From a virus, in IMG/VR virus record IMGVR_UViG_3300027792_000010: a stretch of DNA of 64,000 nt; one strand, written 5' to 3'. The notes under the pieces are model-generated. The model was not told the DNA's origin. It ran no database searches and worked only from the letters and a program-made list of their open reading frames with translations. The position numbers were made by a program, and so were the translations under genes. This document shows positions 54,943-64,000 of the stretch, one piece after another; positions within the stretch are counted from its first letter, which is position 1; every line of letters starts with the position of its first letter.

Positions 54943-55590
54943 ATGCCCAAGAATTCTATAGAGTTAGATGTTAATGAAATCTTACAGGTACCTATAGACT
55001 CTATTGGGCCTTCTTTTAGTGATAATAAATTAGAATCACAAACAGAGGCTCTTAAGATCTTTGAAAATGTGGAACCGCCAATAGTAGAGGTTAATAACCC
55101 TGCTAATCTTATAAGTGTGAATTTAGTAAATACCTCGATTCAAAAGATTATAGAAGATCCTACTAAAAATGATATATTGGTAGAATCTATAAAAAATGAT
55201 GATCCTGGTATTACGATACTTAATAATATAATGGTTGAGTTAGCTGAAGAGATAGCCTATATGAAAGCTTGGAGGAATAATAACTTCCAGATTGATAAGG
55301 ATGTAACTTCGGAGATTGCTGAGAAAAGAATAAAAGCACTTAATAACCTTACTATGACGGTAATACAAAAAGCAAAGATAATGAATTCTGGTAATAAAGG
55401 AAAAATAGATTTCTATAGTGAAAACTTTTCAAAGATATTTGAATATTTTTTGAAAGTTGTTCAAGATACTTTTCAAAAAGTAGGTATACCGGAGCAATAC
55501 AGGAATATCTACTTATCAGAATTAGCTAAACAGTTAGATGGATTCGAAAAAACAGCAGAAAAAATATACAGTGGTAAGAAGAAAATATGA
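54943..55590 (+). CDS. Possible terminase small subunit
   Basis: Helical 215-aa protein overlapping the large terminase start; positional inference only. Confidence 0.4.
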   Translation: MPKNSIELDVNEILQVPIDSIGPSFSDNKLESQTEALKIFENVEPPIVEVNNPANLISVNLVNTSIQKIIEDPTKNDILVESIKNDDPGITILNNIMVELAEEIAYMKAWRNNNFQIDKDVTSEIAEKRIKALNNLTMTVIQKAKIMNSGNKGKIDFYSENFSKIFEYFLKVVQDTFQKVGIPEQYRNIYLSELAKQLDGFEKTAEKIYSGKKKI

Positions 55591-58500
55591 GCATAGCTGA
55601 ATTATGTGCTAATCTAATCTCTAAGGATGGTCTGGACATCGATAAGATTCTACATAAGAATATTATCGAGTTTGTAACTGCTCCTTGGGGATTGGGGCTC
55701 GGGACTCTTCCTGGTGTTCCTTCGTTATACCCATCTCAACGTTTTATACTAAAGGTATACTACGGGTTATCATTAGATAGGGGTAGTAATAGGGATATAA
55801 TAATAAAAGACCAATTCAATGAGCTGGAACTTTACAGATTTAATGAATACGAATATTTTAAGTTTTTGTATGAACAGGGTAGAATAAATGGAGCAGAAGA
55901 AGGAGTGCCCTATACAGATTTAACTTTAGTATGTGGTAGAAGATCTGGCAAATGTGTATGCGCTGGGACAATAGTTAATACTGATAAGGGTTTAATAGAG
56001 ATACAAAATTTAGGAGATCCTAAGGGTCCTGAGTATCAACCGTTAAAAATAGGTGTAGCTCAAGAGGGTGATAAAAAATCTGAATCTTCTTATTTTTATA
56101 ACGGAGGTGAGAGAGATACTATAAAAATAAGAAGCTTCTATGGTTTTGAAAATGAGGGGACACCTAACCATAGAATTAAAATATTGGATACAGACGGAGT
56201 AATAAAATGGAAGTATTTAGAAGATATAGAAGTAGGTGATATAGTATGTATTCATAGAAAATCAGATATGTGGTCTAAAGAATACGTAAATACTGAATAT
56301 TTAAGCAAAAAGTCACAAGGTCGTAAAGACAACATAAACTTACCTAAAGTTTTTGACAGTACTTGGGCAAAACTATTAGGTGTTCTATCTGGTGATGGTA
56401 CCTGGGCACTTAAAGGAGGAATACAAGTAACTGTAGGACCTTATAAAGAATGGTTAGACAAAGTTATAGATATTTTTAAAGAAACAGTAGGTGAGCCTAT
56501 CATAAAGGTAGATAAAAGAAGAGAGGTGTATAGCGTAAATTATTATTCTGTTGTAGTAAGAGAGTTTTTTAATAATATAGGTTATAATGTGGATATAAAA
56601 AGTGATACAAAAAGAATTCCATGGGTTATTATGCAATCACCAAAGCCAGTAGTAGCTTCTTTTCTAAGCGGTCTTTTTGAAACAGACGGTTGTATAGAAG
56701 CTAAAAAAAGTACTGTGTCTTTTTCGACAGCTAGCTTAAAATTAGCACAGGAAGTCCAGATATTACTGTTAAACTTCGGGATAGTCAGCAGATTAGTAGG
56801 TAAAATAAATAAAAGGTTTAATAAAACATACTATCATATATATACTTTAGGCTATAGGTCACTAAAAATATTTCATGATGAAATAGGTTTTATAAGTGAT
56901 AGGAAAAGAAAATTATTAGAATCCCGTATCAGTAAAGGATATAAGGGTAATAAAAGTAATATAGAGTCGATTCCTTATCAAAAGCAATGGTGTATAAATT
57001 TAAGAGAGTCTATTTATAAGGGCAAATCTAATGGTATAATTCCTAAAGATAAACCAGAACAAAGAAGAATGCTTTTAAGAGGTGCTATAGGTAATGTAAT
57101 AAAGACTAACAGTATAGAAGACCTCACATATCCTAGATTAGAAAAAATTATTTTAGTATCAAAAGAATTAGACGCTGACTCAGAGATAATTAAACATTTT
57201 GAAGAATTACAATATGCTAATTATTTTTTTGATAAAATTACAACAGTCGGTAAAAGCAGAAGTATGGTATACGATTTAAACGTACCTGATGGAGAATCTT
57301 TTGTAGCTAACGGCATGACTAATCATAATACTATGATCACTTCATGTATCATAGCCTATGAGACTTATAAACTTCTGAACATATATTGCCCACAAGAATA
57401 CTATGGTATAATGCCTGAGTCTGAGATCAGGATAACATGTGTTGCTACAAGTAAAGAGACAGCTTCTGAACTGTTTAATGCCGTTACAGGTCATATAGAA
57501 AGGTCTGAGTTTTTCAGAAGGTATAGGAATAAACCTACACAACAGAGAATGTTTCTTAGAACCCAAAGAGATATTGATAAATACGGAGCCTCGAAGAGAG
57601 CCTCTCTTCAGATACACGTTGCTCCTTGTAGTGCTAAAGGTCTTCGTGGGCACAATAATATTATAGTAGCTTTGGATGAGATGGCCTTTTTCTTTGAGGA
57701 TGAGATGAAAAAGGGAAAGATAGTTGCAAAGAGTAGCGATAGAAATGATAGGGCTATTTATACAGCTGTGACACCATCTATTGCTAAATTTAAGGGTAAA
57801 GATGGTAAGCCTCATGGAAAAGTTATAGCTATATCATCACCAAATACAAAATCTGGTAAGTTTTATGAACTATATGAATTCGCTTTTAACGAAGAAAATA
57901 CTAAATCTTTGATGATACAGGCTCCTACCTGGGAGATAGACAGTAATCTATCTTCAGAGTTTTTAAAGAAAGAACATGTGTCAAATAGAACAACGTTTTA
58001 TACTGAGTATGGAGCACAATTTAGTGACCAAGTAAAAGCCTGGATAGAAGATGCTGTTATTTTAAGACAGAATATTATCTCAGGGTTAAAGTATAGAGAT
58101 AGGTCATCACTTAGAGTACCTCATTATGCTGGAGTAGACGTAGGATTAAAAGGTGATGGAACTGCAGTCTGTATATGTCATTATGTTTCAGAATTAGTAG
58201 GTGGTGCCAGAGAAGATTTTTTGGAGGTAGACTGCTGCGATATAAGATATGCAGAGTTAGAAAAAAAAGCTAATTTTACCCCACAAGATATAGCAGATTG
58301 GCTGATAGATTATACAAAGAGATTTAATATAATAAAGGGTTTATTGGACCAATACTATGGAATGGGTATTATACCACTATTAGAAGATAAGGGTATAAAA
58401 CAGTATGAATACCGGGTATTCACTGAGGGTTTAAATTCTATAATATATCAAAACCTTCTTACTCATTTTATATCCTCAGCATTAAGACTGCCTGAGGATG

Positions 58501-58844
58501 AGAGAATAATAGATGGTAGAGTAGATAAAGATTCAGACTTAGTAAAAGAGCTATTAACGTTACAGGCGACACAAAGAAGTAAATATATAGTTAGCGTAGA
58601 AGCTCCAGATAGGTCAGGGGCACATGACGACATGAGCGATGCCTTAGCTCGTGCGGTATTTGTTGCTACCGAATTCAAGAGAAAAGGATACGGTGTAAAA
58701 TTGATTTCTGGAGGTAATTCTGGAGCCAAAGCATTTAAAGTATTAAGAGGCATCGAGATGAGAAAAGCAGAGTTATTGAGACCTACTCGTGGAAGAGTTT
58801 CCACAGGTAGGAGAAACTTCTCATCTGTGATGAGATCTTACTAA
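55587..58844 (+). CDS. terL: Terminase large subunit containing an intein
   Basis: Walker A CGRRSGK|T, Walker B ALDE, AISSP, EYGAQF, nuclease GVDVG, HDD.SDA. Confidence 0.92.
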   Translation: MSIAELCANLISKDGLDIDKILHKNIIEFVTAPWGLGLGTLPGVPSLYPSQRFILKVYYGLSLDRGSNRDIIIKDQFNELELYRFNEYEYFKFLYEQGRINGAEEGVPYTDLTLVCGRRSGKCVCAGTIVNTDKGLIEIQNLGDPKGPEYQPLKIGVAQEGDKKSESSYFYNGGERDTIKIRSFYGFENEGTPNHRIKILDTDGVIKWKYLEDIEVGDIVCIHRKSDMWSKEYVNTEYLSKKSQGRKDNINLPKVFDSTWAKLLGVLSGDGTWALKGGIQVTVGPYKEWLDKVIDIFKETVGEPIIKVDKRREVYSVNYYSVVVREFFNNIGYNVDIKSDTKRIPWVIMQSPKPVVASFLSGLFETDGCIEAKKSTVSFSTASLKLAQEVQILLLNFGIVSRLVGKINKRFNKTYYHIYTLGYRSLKIFHDEIGFISDRKRKLLESRISKGYKGNKSNIESIPYQKQWCINLRESIYKGKSNGIIPKDKPEQRRMLLRGAIGNVIKTNSIEDLTYPRLEKIILVSKELDADSEIIKHFEELQYANYFFDKITTVGKSRSMVYDLNVPDGESFVANGMTNHNTMITSCIIAYETYKLLNIYCPQEYYGIMPESEIRITCVATSKETASELFNAVTGHIERSEFFRRYRNKPTQQRMFLRTQRDIDKYGASKRASLQIHVAPCSAKGLRGHNNIIVALDEMAFFFEDEMKKGKIVAKSSDRNDRAIYTAVTPSIAKFKGKDGKPHGKVIAISSPNTKSGKFYELYEFAFNEENTKSLMIQAPTWEIDSNLSSEFLKKEHVSNRTTFYTEYGAQFSDQVKAWIEDAVILRQNIISGLKYRDRSSLRVPHYAGVDVGLKGDGTAVCICHYVSELVGGAREDFLEVDCCDIRYAELEKKANFTPQDIADWLIDYTKRFNIIKGLLDQYYGMGIIPLLEDKGIKQYEYRVFTEGLNSIIYQNLLTHFISSALRLPEDERIIDGRVDKDSDLVKELLTLQATQRSKYIVSVEAPDRSGAHDDMSDALARAVFVATEFKRKGYGVKLISGGNSGAKAFKVLRGIEMRKAELLRPTRGRVSTGRRNFSSVMRSY
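55953..57329 (+). mobile_element. Intein (459 aa) with LAGLIDADG homing endonuclease
   Basis: Starts at Cys (CVCAGT), block B NEGTPNHRI, LLGVLSGDG and FLSGLFETDG motifs, ends VYDL.V..F.ANG..HN followed by Thr. Confidence 0.92.
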
Positions 58845-58858
58845 GACAGGAAAAAACT

Positions 58859-61800
58859 ATGGGAAGCAAGCCTTTTAAGGACCAGTTTTATTCAAATATA
58901 ATCGTCTATGACGAACGTAAGAGGTACTACTATCTCTGGCAGCGCATAAACAAACCTCTATTAGATGATGAGGTAAGAAACATGCAGCTAAGCCTTGTAG
59001 ATCAAATGAGAAGATCTATACAAGGTATAGCAGGTGATGTTGCAGTTCCTATCGCCCCTTATGCAAGAAGTCAGGACCCTGTAAACCCAGATGCTACTAT
59101 TCTCAACTATTTTAAAGTGGTCGAGAATGGGATGGCTAATAGTTTCAAGGTAATAGGGGGATCTGGAATAGACAATCCTGCTATTATGTTTGTAAAAGGT
59201 TTTTATGTATTTCTAACAGGAGACATCAATTATACAGACCAGAATGATTCTGGGGCTTTGATTGACCCTTCTTTTACTGAAACTCCTATTCCCGATCTAA
59301 GCACTCCCACTTCAGACAGGGTAGATGTTGTATATATTGATTTTAGTTTTGGCGAAGTGTCACCAACCCTTGGAGCTAATGCAAGTGAGTATACAGACAC
59401 TAATCTTAGGAATCCGATAGTAGGAACAGAGACTGGTAACAGACTAAGAGCTATTTTTGATATTAGGGTTTGGGAAGATTATGTAAATAAAAAAATAGAC
59501 GGAACTAATAGGATATCCACAGTTCAACCACTAAGTCAAAATATATTTACAAGTAGTGATTTTTTAGGATCTATAGATTTAACTGATCCAGAAGCAAACC
59601 CTATTTATAAGCAACATTTCTTAGTACCTATAGCAATTCTTAATCGTAACTCTGCCACTATTACACAGGACCAGATAGTTGATTTGTTAGGTTTGTATGA
59701 TAAAAGAATACTATCTACCGATGAAATATCTTATAGGTCACGTCACGGAGGCTATGGAGAGACCGCAGTATATGAATTAGCATTAAGTAGTGAGTTATAC
59801 GGTCTTACTGGGATACCAAGATATCCTAATGCTGTGGTAGATGAATCAGCCTTTGCCACAGGACTTAATCAGGGTTTTGCTTCTGAAGCATTCAACACCA
59901 ATTCTGTTACACCTCGTATTCTTCAGAATGAGGGAAAGTTCAATATGGGTTCTCTTCTTATTGGGGGAGAAACAGGACCTATTACCTACCCTATTTCAGC
60001 GTTAACAGGTGCTGAGCAGCTTCATCGCGGCGAGCTGCTGGCTAATGAACTCTCAACTAAATCGTTAGCTGTAGGGTTTGATAGGGGCGTAACCGGGGCT
60101 AGAGAGTATGTAGACAGATTAAGTATTGAGATGCAGGGAGTAACAGCTACCGCAGTAGGTATCAGGATACAGAATTCTACAGGCGAAACAGGAACTTTGG
60201 CTGCTTTTTTGAGAGGGCAGTCTTTAGGAGATACTGGTAATTATGTTTCTGTAGACTATCTCGGAAGAATGGGTATAAATACTAAAGAACCTGGATGGTC
60301 AGGCCCTGACACGGTTTGGAATGATACTGATTCTTCTAACATTGTTTTTGACGTAGATGATTCAGGTAAAGTAAGAGCAAATCTCTTTGTAGATGGAAAG
60401 CTATTTGTTCTTGGTTATGTATATGGACCCTCTTGGCAAATACCCTCATATGTTTCTCCAGAGACTCCTGCTATCTTCGGATTTACAGGACTAGTAAATA
60501 ACTATAATGGAGCAATACCGACATATCATAAAGGAATAACAGGAAGAGCCTCTTTTTATATTCGTCCTGGTATGGCAGTTGTAGGAGACACCGGGATACC
60601 TGGGTATACAGGAACTTTCGGTTTTTATGAATGTTTTGATGGTAATGGAGACAGAGTATTTACCATTGGAAGCTTGGGAGAAGACTTCGACAGAGTAGTA
60701 AAGTCATTATACGGAAACGGTCAGAGAGTCTTATTTTATACAAGTAATAGCTTTAAGTATTTGCCAAGTGGGTATAATGAGTTAAGTAATGGTGATGAGG
60801 TAAATATACAAGGTTTTGACTTTGAGGGAAATCTAATCAATGCCTCATACTTAGTAACAGGAATAAACGGTGGGACAGGAACAGTAGGGTTAACTGGTAT
60901 TTATGATGTAGCTCAATTTATACAGTCGGAATTTGCTCAAACAAAAGTTATAGTTCAATTAGATCCTTATGATGAAGCGCGTACTATATCAACAAGGTAT
61001 GGAAATGAAGGGAAGCTTATCATATCGGATTTAGAAGATAATTCTCTACTTGAGATAACATCTCTAACAGTCGGTAGACCTCTTCTTGACCCAATAACTA
61101 TCTCCCTTATCAAATCTAAATGGTATGGGTCAGGGTTGTACGGTGGGGACATTTTGAATCTGAAGTTTGCCAAGCTAGATTTGGGAGAAGCAGCTGATGC
61201 TTGGCTATTCAATGGTGACGTTTTCTTTAACGGTAATGGGTATCTAAACAGAGTTACATTCAGTCCTAACGTTATTTTTAGAGACGATGTATTTGTATAC
61301 GGTAACTTTGTTGCAGATACAACAACTTTTAATGGGGCTAAGATTAATGCTCTTACTGTAAATGTAAGTTTAAAAGTAGATGGAATAGCAGCTATACATG
61401 ATAGTCTGGTAGTTGGGTATCCATTAGACCAAGCATTTAATGCCTTCAATGGTGAAGTGCTTAGCTATAACAAGTTGGCTGTTTTGGTTGACGGGGATGT
61501 GCGTGCTAATGGGTTTTATGCATTACCGGAGGCTGATATAGACCCAAATCAATTTGGTACTTTTGCTGTTAGGACAAGATATTACAAAGAAAAGCTTTCA
61601 TTAGAAATAAATGGTACTTATGGCTCCGCTTCGAACCCCCTTGGTTGGCATTTGATTGATAATAGGCCAGGAGTTACTATCGATGGTACTAGTAGTCTAA
61701 ATACTATTGTTGTTGACTACAGTAATGGTAGAGGTACCTACGGAAATGTCCTACTAAATGTCAAAGGTGATATAGTAGCAGATAACTCAATTCTTACTAA

Positions 61801-62965
61801 GCACCTTTCAGTAGGTACTACTTTATCAGAAGCTGATACAGATTATTCTATTTATGTTGAAGGTGATAGTATATTCAAGGGAACAATTACAGTAGATAAT
61901 TTGAAATTTTCTGGTGCTCAGTCAGCATCCGGTAGTGAGATAACTACACCTGCAGATATAATTGTGTATCAAACTGGTCTAGAATATATAATACCGCCAG
62001 TAGGGAATATTCTTAGAACTAAGAAATTATCCCATACTAATAAGACCATTTTGAACAATAAAGGAGCACTTGGTGGAGTACTCCTTGATCCTACAGGGAC
62101 ACCAAGCACACCACCCCAAATATGGGCCCCATCAGAGAACTCAGCCTTATTTGCACATGATACCCTTTCATACGCAAACAATCAATTTATCGGGACTTCT
62201 AACCAAATCGTAACAACTACAGATATATCTAAAAAAAATGATCCAAAATTATGGAGAAGGTATACAGATTGTATACTTTTAGCTAACCTTGGAACGCTGA
62301 GGGTACAGTGGGTAGGGTACGTTGTTCAAGATATTTCGGGGACTGATTTTAGTATATCTAATGATGTAGCGTATCGTACAGCCCCTAATAGTGTAATTCA
62401 GTCTTATGAGTTTGAATCACCTTACTTCAGAAATAGATCCGGCGGCTCAATTATTAACTGGATGCCTGGAAGAAGATTTGGGGATGAAAATCTTATAGCT
62501 CATATACAATTAGATCTTGTAGGTACATACCCAGGTCAGTTCTGTGGATCTATTGGTCAAATATTTGTACCTGATATATACAGTACTAATGCTCCAGTAT
62601 CCATTTATGTGCCTATGGATAGTTGGGAAAGGTTTTGTATTAATGAGCAAACTATATCATCAACAACTGCAGCATATAGTTACCTATTGTACTATAAGCA
62701 TGAAAAGGCTATAAATAATTTTACAAGAGTAACTTTGGAAAGAAAAACAGATGGTACTAATAGCCCCTATAATCCAGTATTTGAAACTTGGTATGTAGGT
62801 ATTATGCCAAGGATTAATAATCAGAAGAGAGTGAACTACGAAAATAGTAATACTGATAAGTTGTTCATTGGGGAGTGGGACCTTGATTTAGTTATGTATC
62901 CAGAAGCAATTGGAAGATGTTCTAATATGATAGGCCAGATGTACGTGTCTTATATGCAGGGGTAA
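58859..62965 (+). CDS. Large virion structural protein (baseplate/tail-associated)
   Basis: 1368 aa, Gly/Thr-rich beta repeats, PLLDDE.RN and R.DVVYID motifs; follows terL. Confidence 0.55.
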   Translation: MGSKPFKDQFYSNIIVYDERKRYYYLWQRINKPLLDDEVRNMQLSLVDQMRRSIQGIAGDVAVPIAPYARSQDPVNPDATILNYFKVVENGMANSFKVIGGSGIDNPAIMFVKGFYVFLTGDINYTDQNDSGALIDPSFTETPIPDLSTPTSDRVDVVYIDFSFGEVSPTLGANASEYTDTNLRNPIVGTETGNRLRAIFDIRVWEDYVNKKIDGTNRISTVQPLSQNIFTSSDFLGSIDLTDPEANPIYKQHFLVPIAILNRNSATITQDQIVDLLGLYDKRILSTDEISYRSRHGGYGETAVYELALSSELYGLTGIPRYPNAVVDESAFATGLNQGFASEAFNTNSVTPRILQNEGKFNMGSLLIGGETGPITYPISALTGAEQLHRGELLANELSTKSLAVGFDRGVTGAREYVDRLSIEMQGVTATAVGIRIQNSTGETGTLAAFLRGQSLGDTGNYVSVDYLGRMGINTKEPGWSGPDTVWNDTDSSNIVFDVDDSGKVRANLFVDGKLFVLGYVYGPSWQIPSYVSPETPAIFGFTGLVNNYNGAIPTYHKGITGRASFYIRPGMAVVGDTGIPGYTGTFGFYECFDGNGDRVFTIGSLGEDFDRVVKSLYGNGQRVLFYTSNSFKYLPSGYNELSNGDEVNIQGFDFEGNLINASYLVTGINGGTGTVGLTGIYDVAQFIQSEFAQTKVIVQLDPYDEARTISTRYGNEGKLIISDLEDNSLLEITSLTVGRPLLDPITISLIKSKWYGSGLYGGDILNLKFAKLDLGEAADAWLFNGDVFFNGNGYLNRVTFSPNVIFRDDVFVYGNFVADTTTFNGAKINALTVNVSLKVDGIAAIHDSLVVGYPLDQAFNAFNGEVLSYNKLAVLVDGDVRANGFYALPEADIDPNQFGTFAVRTRYYKEKLSLEINGTYGSASNPLGWHLIDNRPGVTIDGTSSLNTIVVDYSNGRGTYGNVLLNVKGDIVADNSILTKHLSVGTTLSEADTDYSIYVEGDSIFKGTITVDNLKFSGAQSASGSEITTPADIIVYQTGLEYIIPPVGNILRTKKLSHTNKTILNNKGALGGVLLDPTGTPSTPPQIWAPSENSALFAHDTLSYANNQFIGTSNQIVTTTDISKKNDPKLWRRYTDCILLANLGTLRVQWVGYVVQDISGTDFSISNDVAYRTAPNSVIQSYEFESPYFRNRSGGSIINWMPGRRFGDENLIAHIQLDLVGTYPGQFCGSIGQIFVPDIYSTNAPVSIYVPMDSWERFCINEQTISSTTAAYSYLLYYKHEKAINNFTRVTLERKTDGTNSPYNPVFETWYVGIMPRINNQKRVNYENSNTDKLFIGEWDLDLVMYPEAIGRCSNMIGQMYVSYMQG

Positions 62966-62968
62966 AAT

Positions 62969-63157
62969 ATGCCTGGAGAATTAGGTGGTGAAGACGATCT
63001 TTCAATGAATGTAGGTCATTATGATAGGCTCTATGATAATTCAGGAGAGTGGATGAATGATGTAAATAGACCGTATGATGATTCTGAGAAAAAACAGAAA
63101 GAAAGAATATTAAATAAGATGAGATCCAGATTATATCGTAGAAAGGACAAAGAATGA
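62969..63157 (+). CDS. Small hypothetical protein
   Basis: 62 aa between co-oriented genes. Confidence 0.45.
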   Translation: MPGELGGEDDLSMNVGHYDRLYDNSGEWMNDVNRPYDDSEKKQKERILNKMRSRLYRRKDKE

Positions 63158-63576
63158 GTGAAGTAAATAAGATGATATCAGATGTTTCTTCACTATCTAA
63201 AAAGATAGCGAAAGACCTTGATACTCTTTCTAGCGTCTACCATAGGCTTTTTGATGACATCAATCGCAGATTCAAAGAAGAGCTTTTAAGGCAGGATGGA
63301 AAGATTAAGGGTCTTGAAGATTTTTACTCTTTGGTTATCCTGCTAAAAGGGGATAAGACAAAAGTGAGAAACGTATTATCAATTTTAGGTGGTTTAAAAG
63401 ATATCTCTCATTTTAATGTTTCTGAAGAGGCTTTAGAAGAAGAACGAGATAGAAAATCTGAGGCAGAAGAAATGATTAATATTTTGGAACAAGTTTCTAA
63501 TCGGGATTATGGGGAAGCTATAGAATTTCCAGAAGCAGATATAGATGAGATATTAGAAGAAACAGACGATAAATAG
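63154..63576 (+). CDS. Hypothetical protein
   Basis: 140 aa with an acidic C-terminus. Confidence 0.55.
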   Translation: MSEVNKMISDVSSLSKKIAKDLDTLSSVYHRLFDDINRRFKEELLRQDGKIKGLEDFYSLVILLKGDKTKVRNVLSILGGLKDISHFNVSEEALEEERDRKSEAEEMINILEQVSNRDYGEAIEFPEADIDEILEETDDK

Positions 63577-63587
63577 GGGATAAGAAT

Positions 63588-64000
63588 ATGGCAATGAATA
63601 AGCAGGGAACAGTAAAAACTAGAGTTGTTAAAGGTTCAAGGGACGATATAACTGTGCAAGATACTCACACTATTAAGCCATCTACTCGTTTGACGGAAAA
63701 AGAGGTTAAAGCTCGTCAGCTTAAGAAGTATGCTACTACTACTTTTGGTTTTGGGGCTAGAAACGCTTTTTCTGGTGGCGATATTAGTATGAGTTCCCAG
63801 GGAAACTTTTACTCACCACAGCTATCTACAGATTTCTTAGAGAAACCTCAAAACCTTAGAGAACGTAGAGCATGGTATCGTCAGTTCTACAATGGTAATG
63901 AGTTTGTAGGTGCTGCAATCGATCTTCATTCATCATTACCTCTTTCTAAGATAAGACTTGAAAAACCTAAATGTGAAAATGAGAAACTAGGAGAATATGT
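63588..64000 (+). CDS. Probable portal protein, 3' truncated by the window edge
   Basis: Open frame from ATG 63588 to the end; FYSP.LSTDFLE.P..YR.FY..VG.AIDLH..LPLS resembles jumbo-phage portal N-termini; near terL. Confidence 0.6.
   Translation, partial: MAMNKQGTVKTRVVKGSRDDITVQDTHTIKPSTRLTEKEVKARQLKKYATTTFGFGARNAFSGGDISMSSQGNFYSPQLSTDFLEKPQNLRERRAWYRQFYNGNEFVGAAIDLHSSLPLSKIRLEKPKCENEKLGEY

Overview
This window is an AT-rich segment of a large (jumbo-type) dsDNA phage genome. The ORFs fit the standard genetic code. From left to right it contains: (1) an accessory region with a lone TnpB and a tRNA cluster; (2) a family of proteins sharing an 'LE-x-KG-x-IKEA' motif, patatin, an NAD salvage pair (pncB, nadE), class II RNR, dUTPase and a GH108 lysozyme; (3) a GC-richer 1.7-kb array of six small integron-like cassettes; (4) DnaJ, putative virion and glycosyltransferase genes; (5) a recombination/replication block (split SbcC, SbcD, beta clamp, RecA, RuvC-like, SSB-like, HU, RecD2, clamp-loader subunits, primase, 5'-3' exonuclease); (6) NusG-like and sigma-like regulators, then the morphogenesis operon (intein-containing large terminase, a 1368-aa virion protein, partial portal). 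The most striking signal is a candidate ribosome-dependent transcription attenuator at 4644-4899. Its 22-codon leader holds 11 consecutive codons (AUA, GGU, GAG, AGA, GAA, GGA, AGG) read by exactly the five tRNA species encoded downstream, and its stop codon sits in the antiterminator strand. This suggests a phage tRNA operon that switches on when those tRNAs become limiting. Other highlights are a tRNA-Arg(UCU) with a 28-nt anticodon-loop insertion, the attC-like cassette array with two structurally covarying 166-bp cassettes, and several apparent pseudo-enzymes. All protein calls come from motif recognition by eye; no database searches were run.
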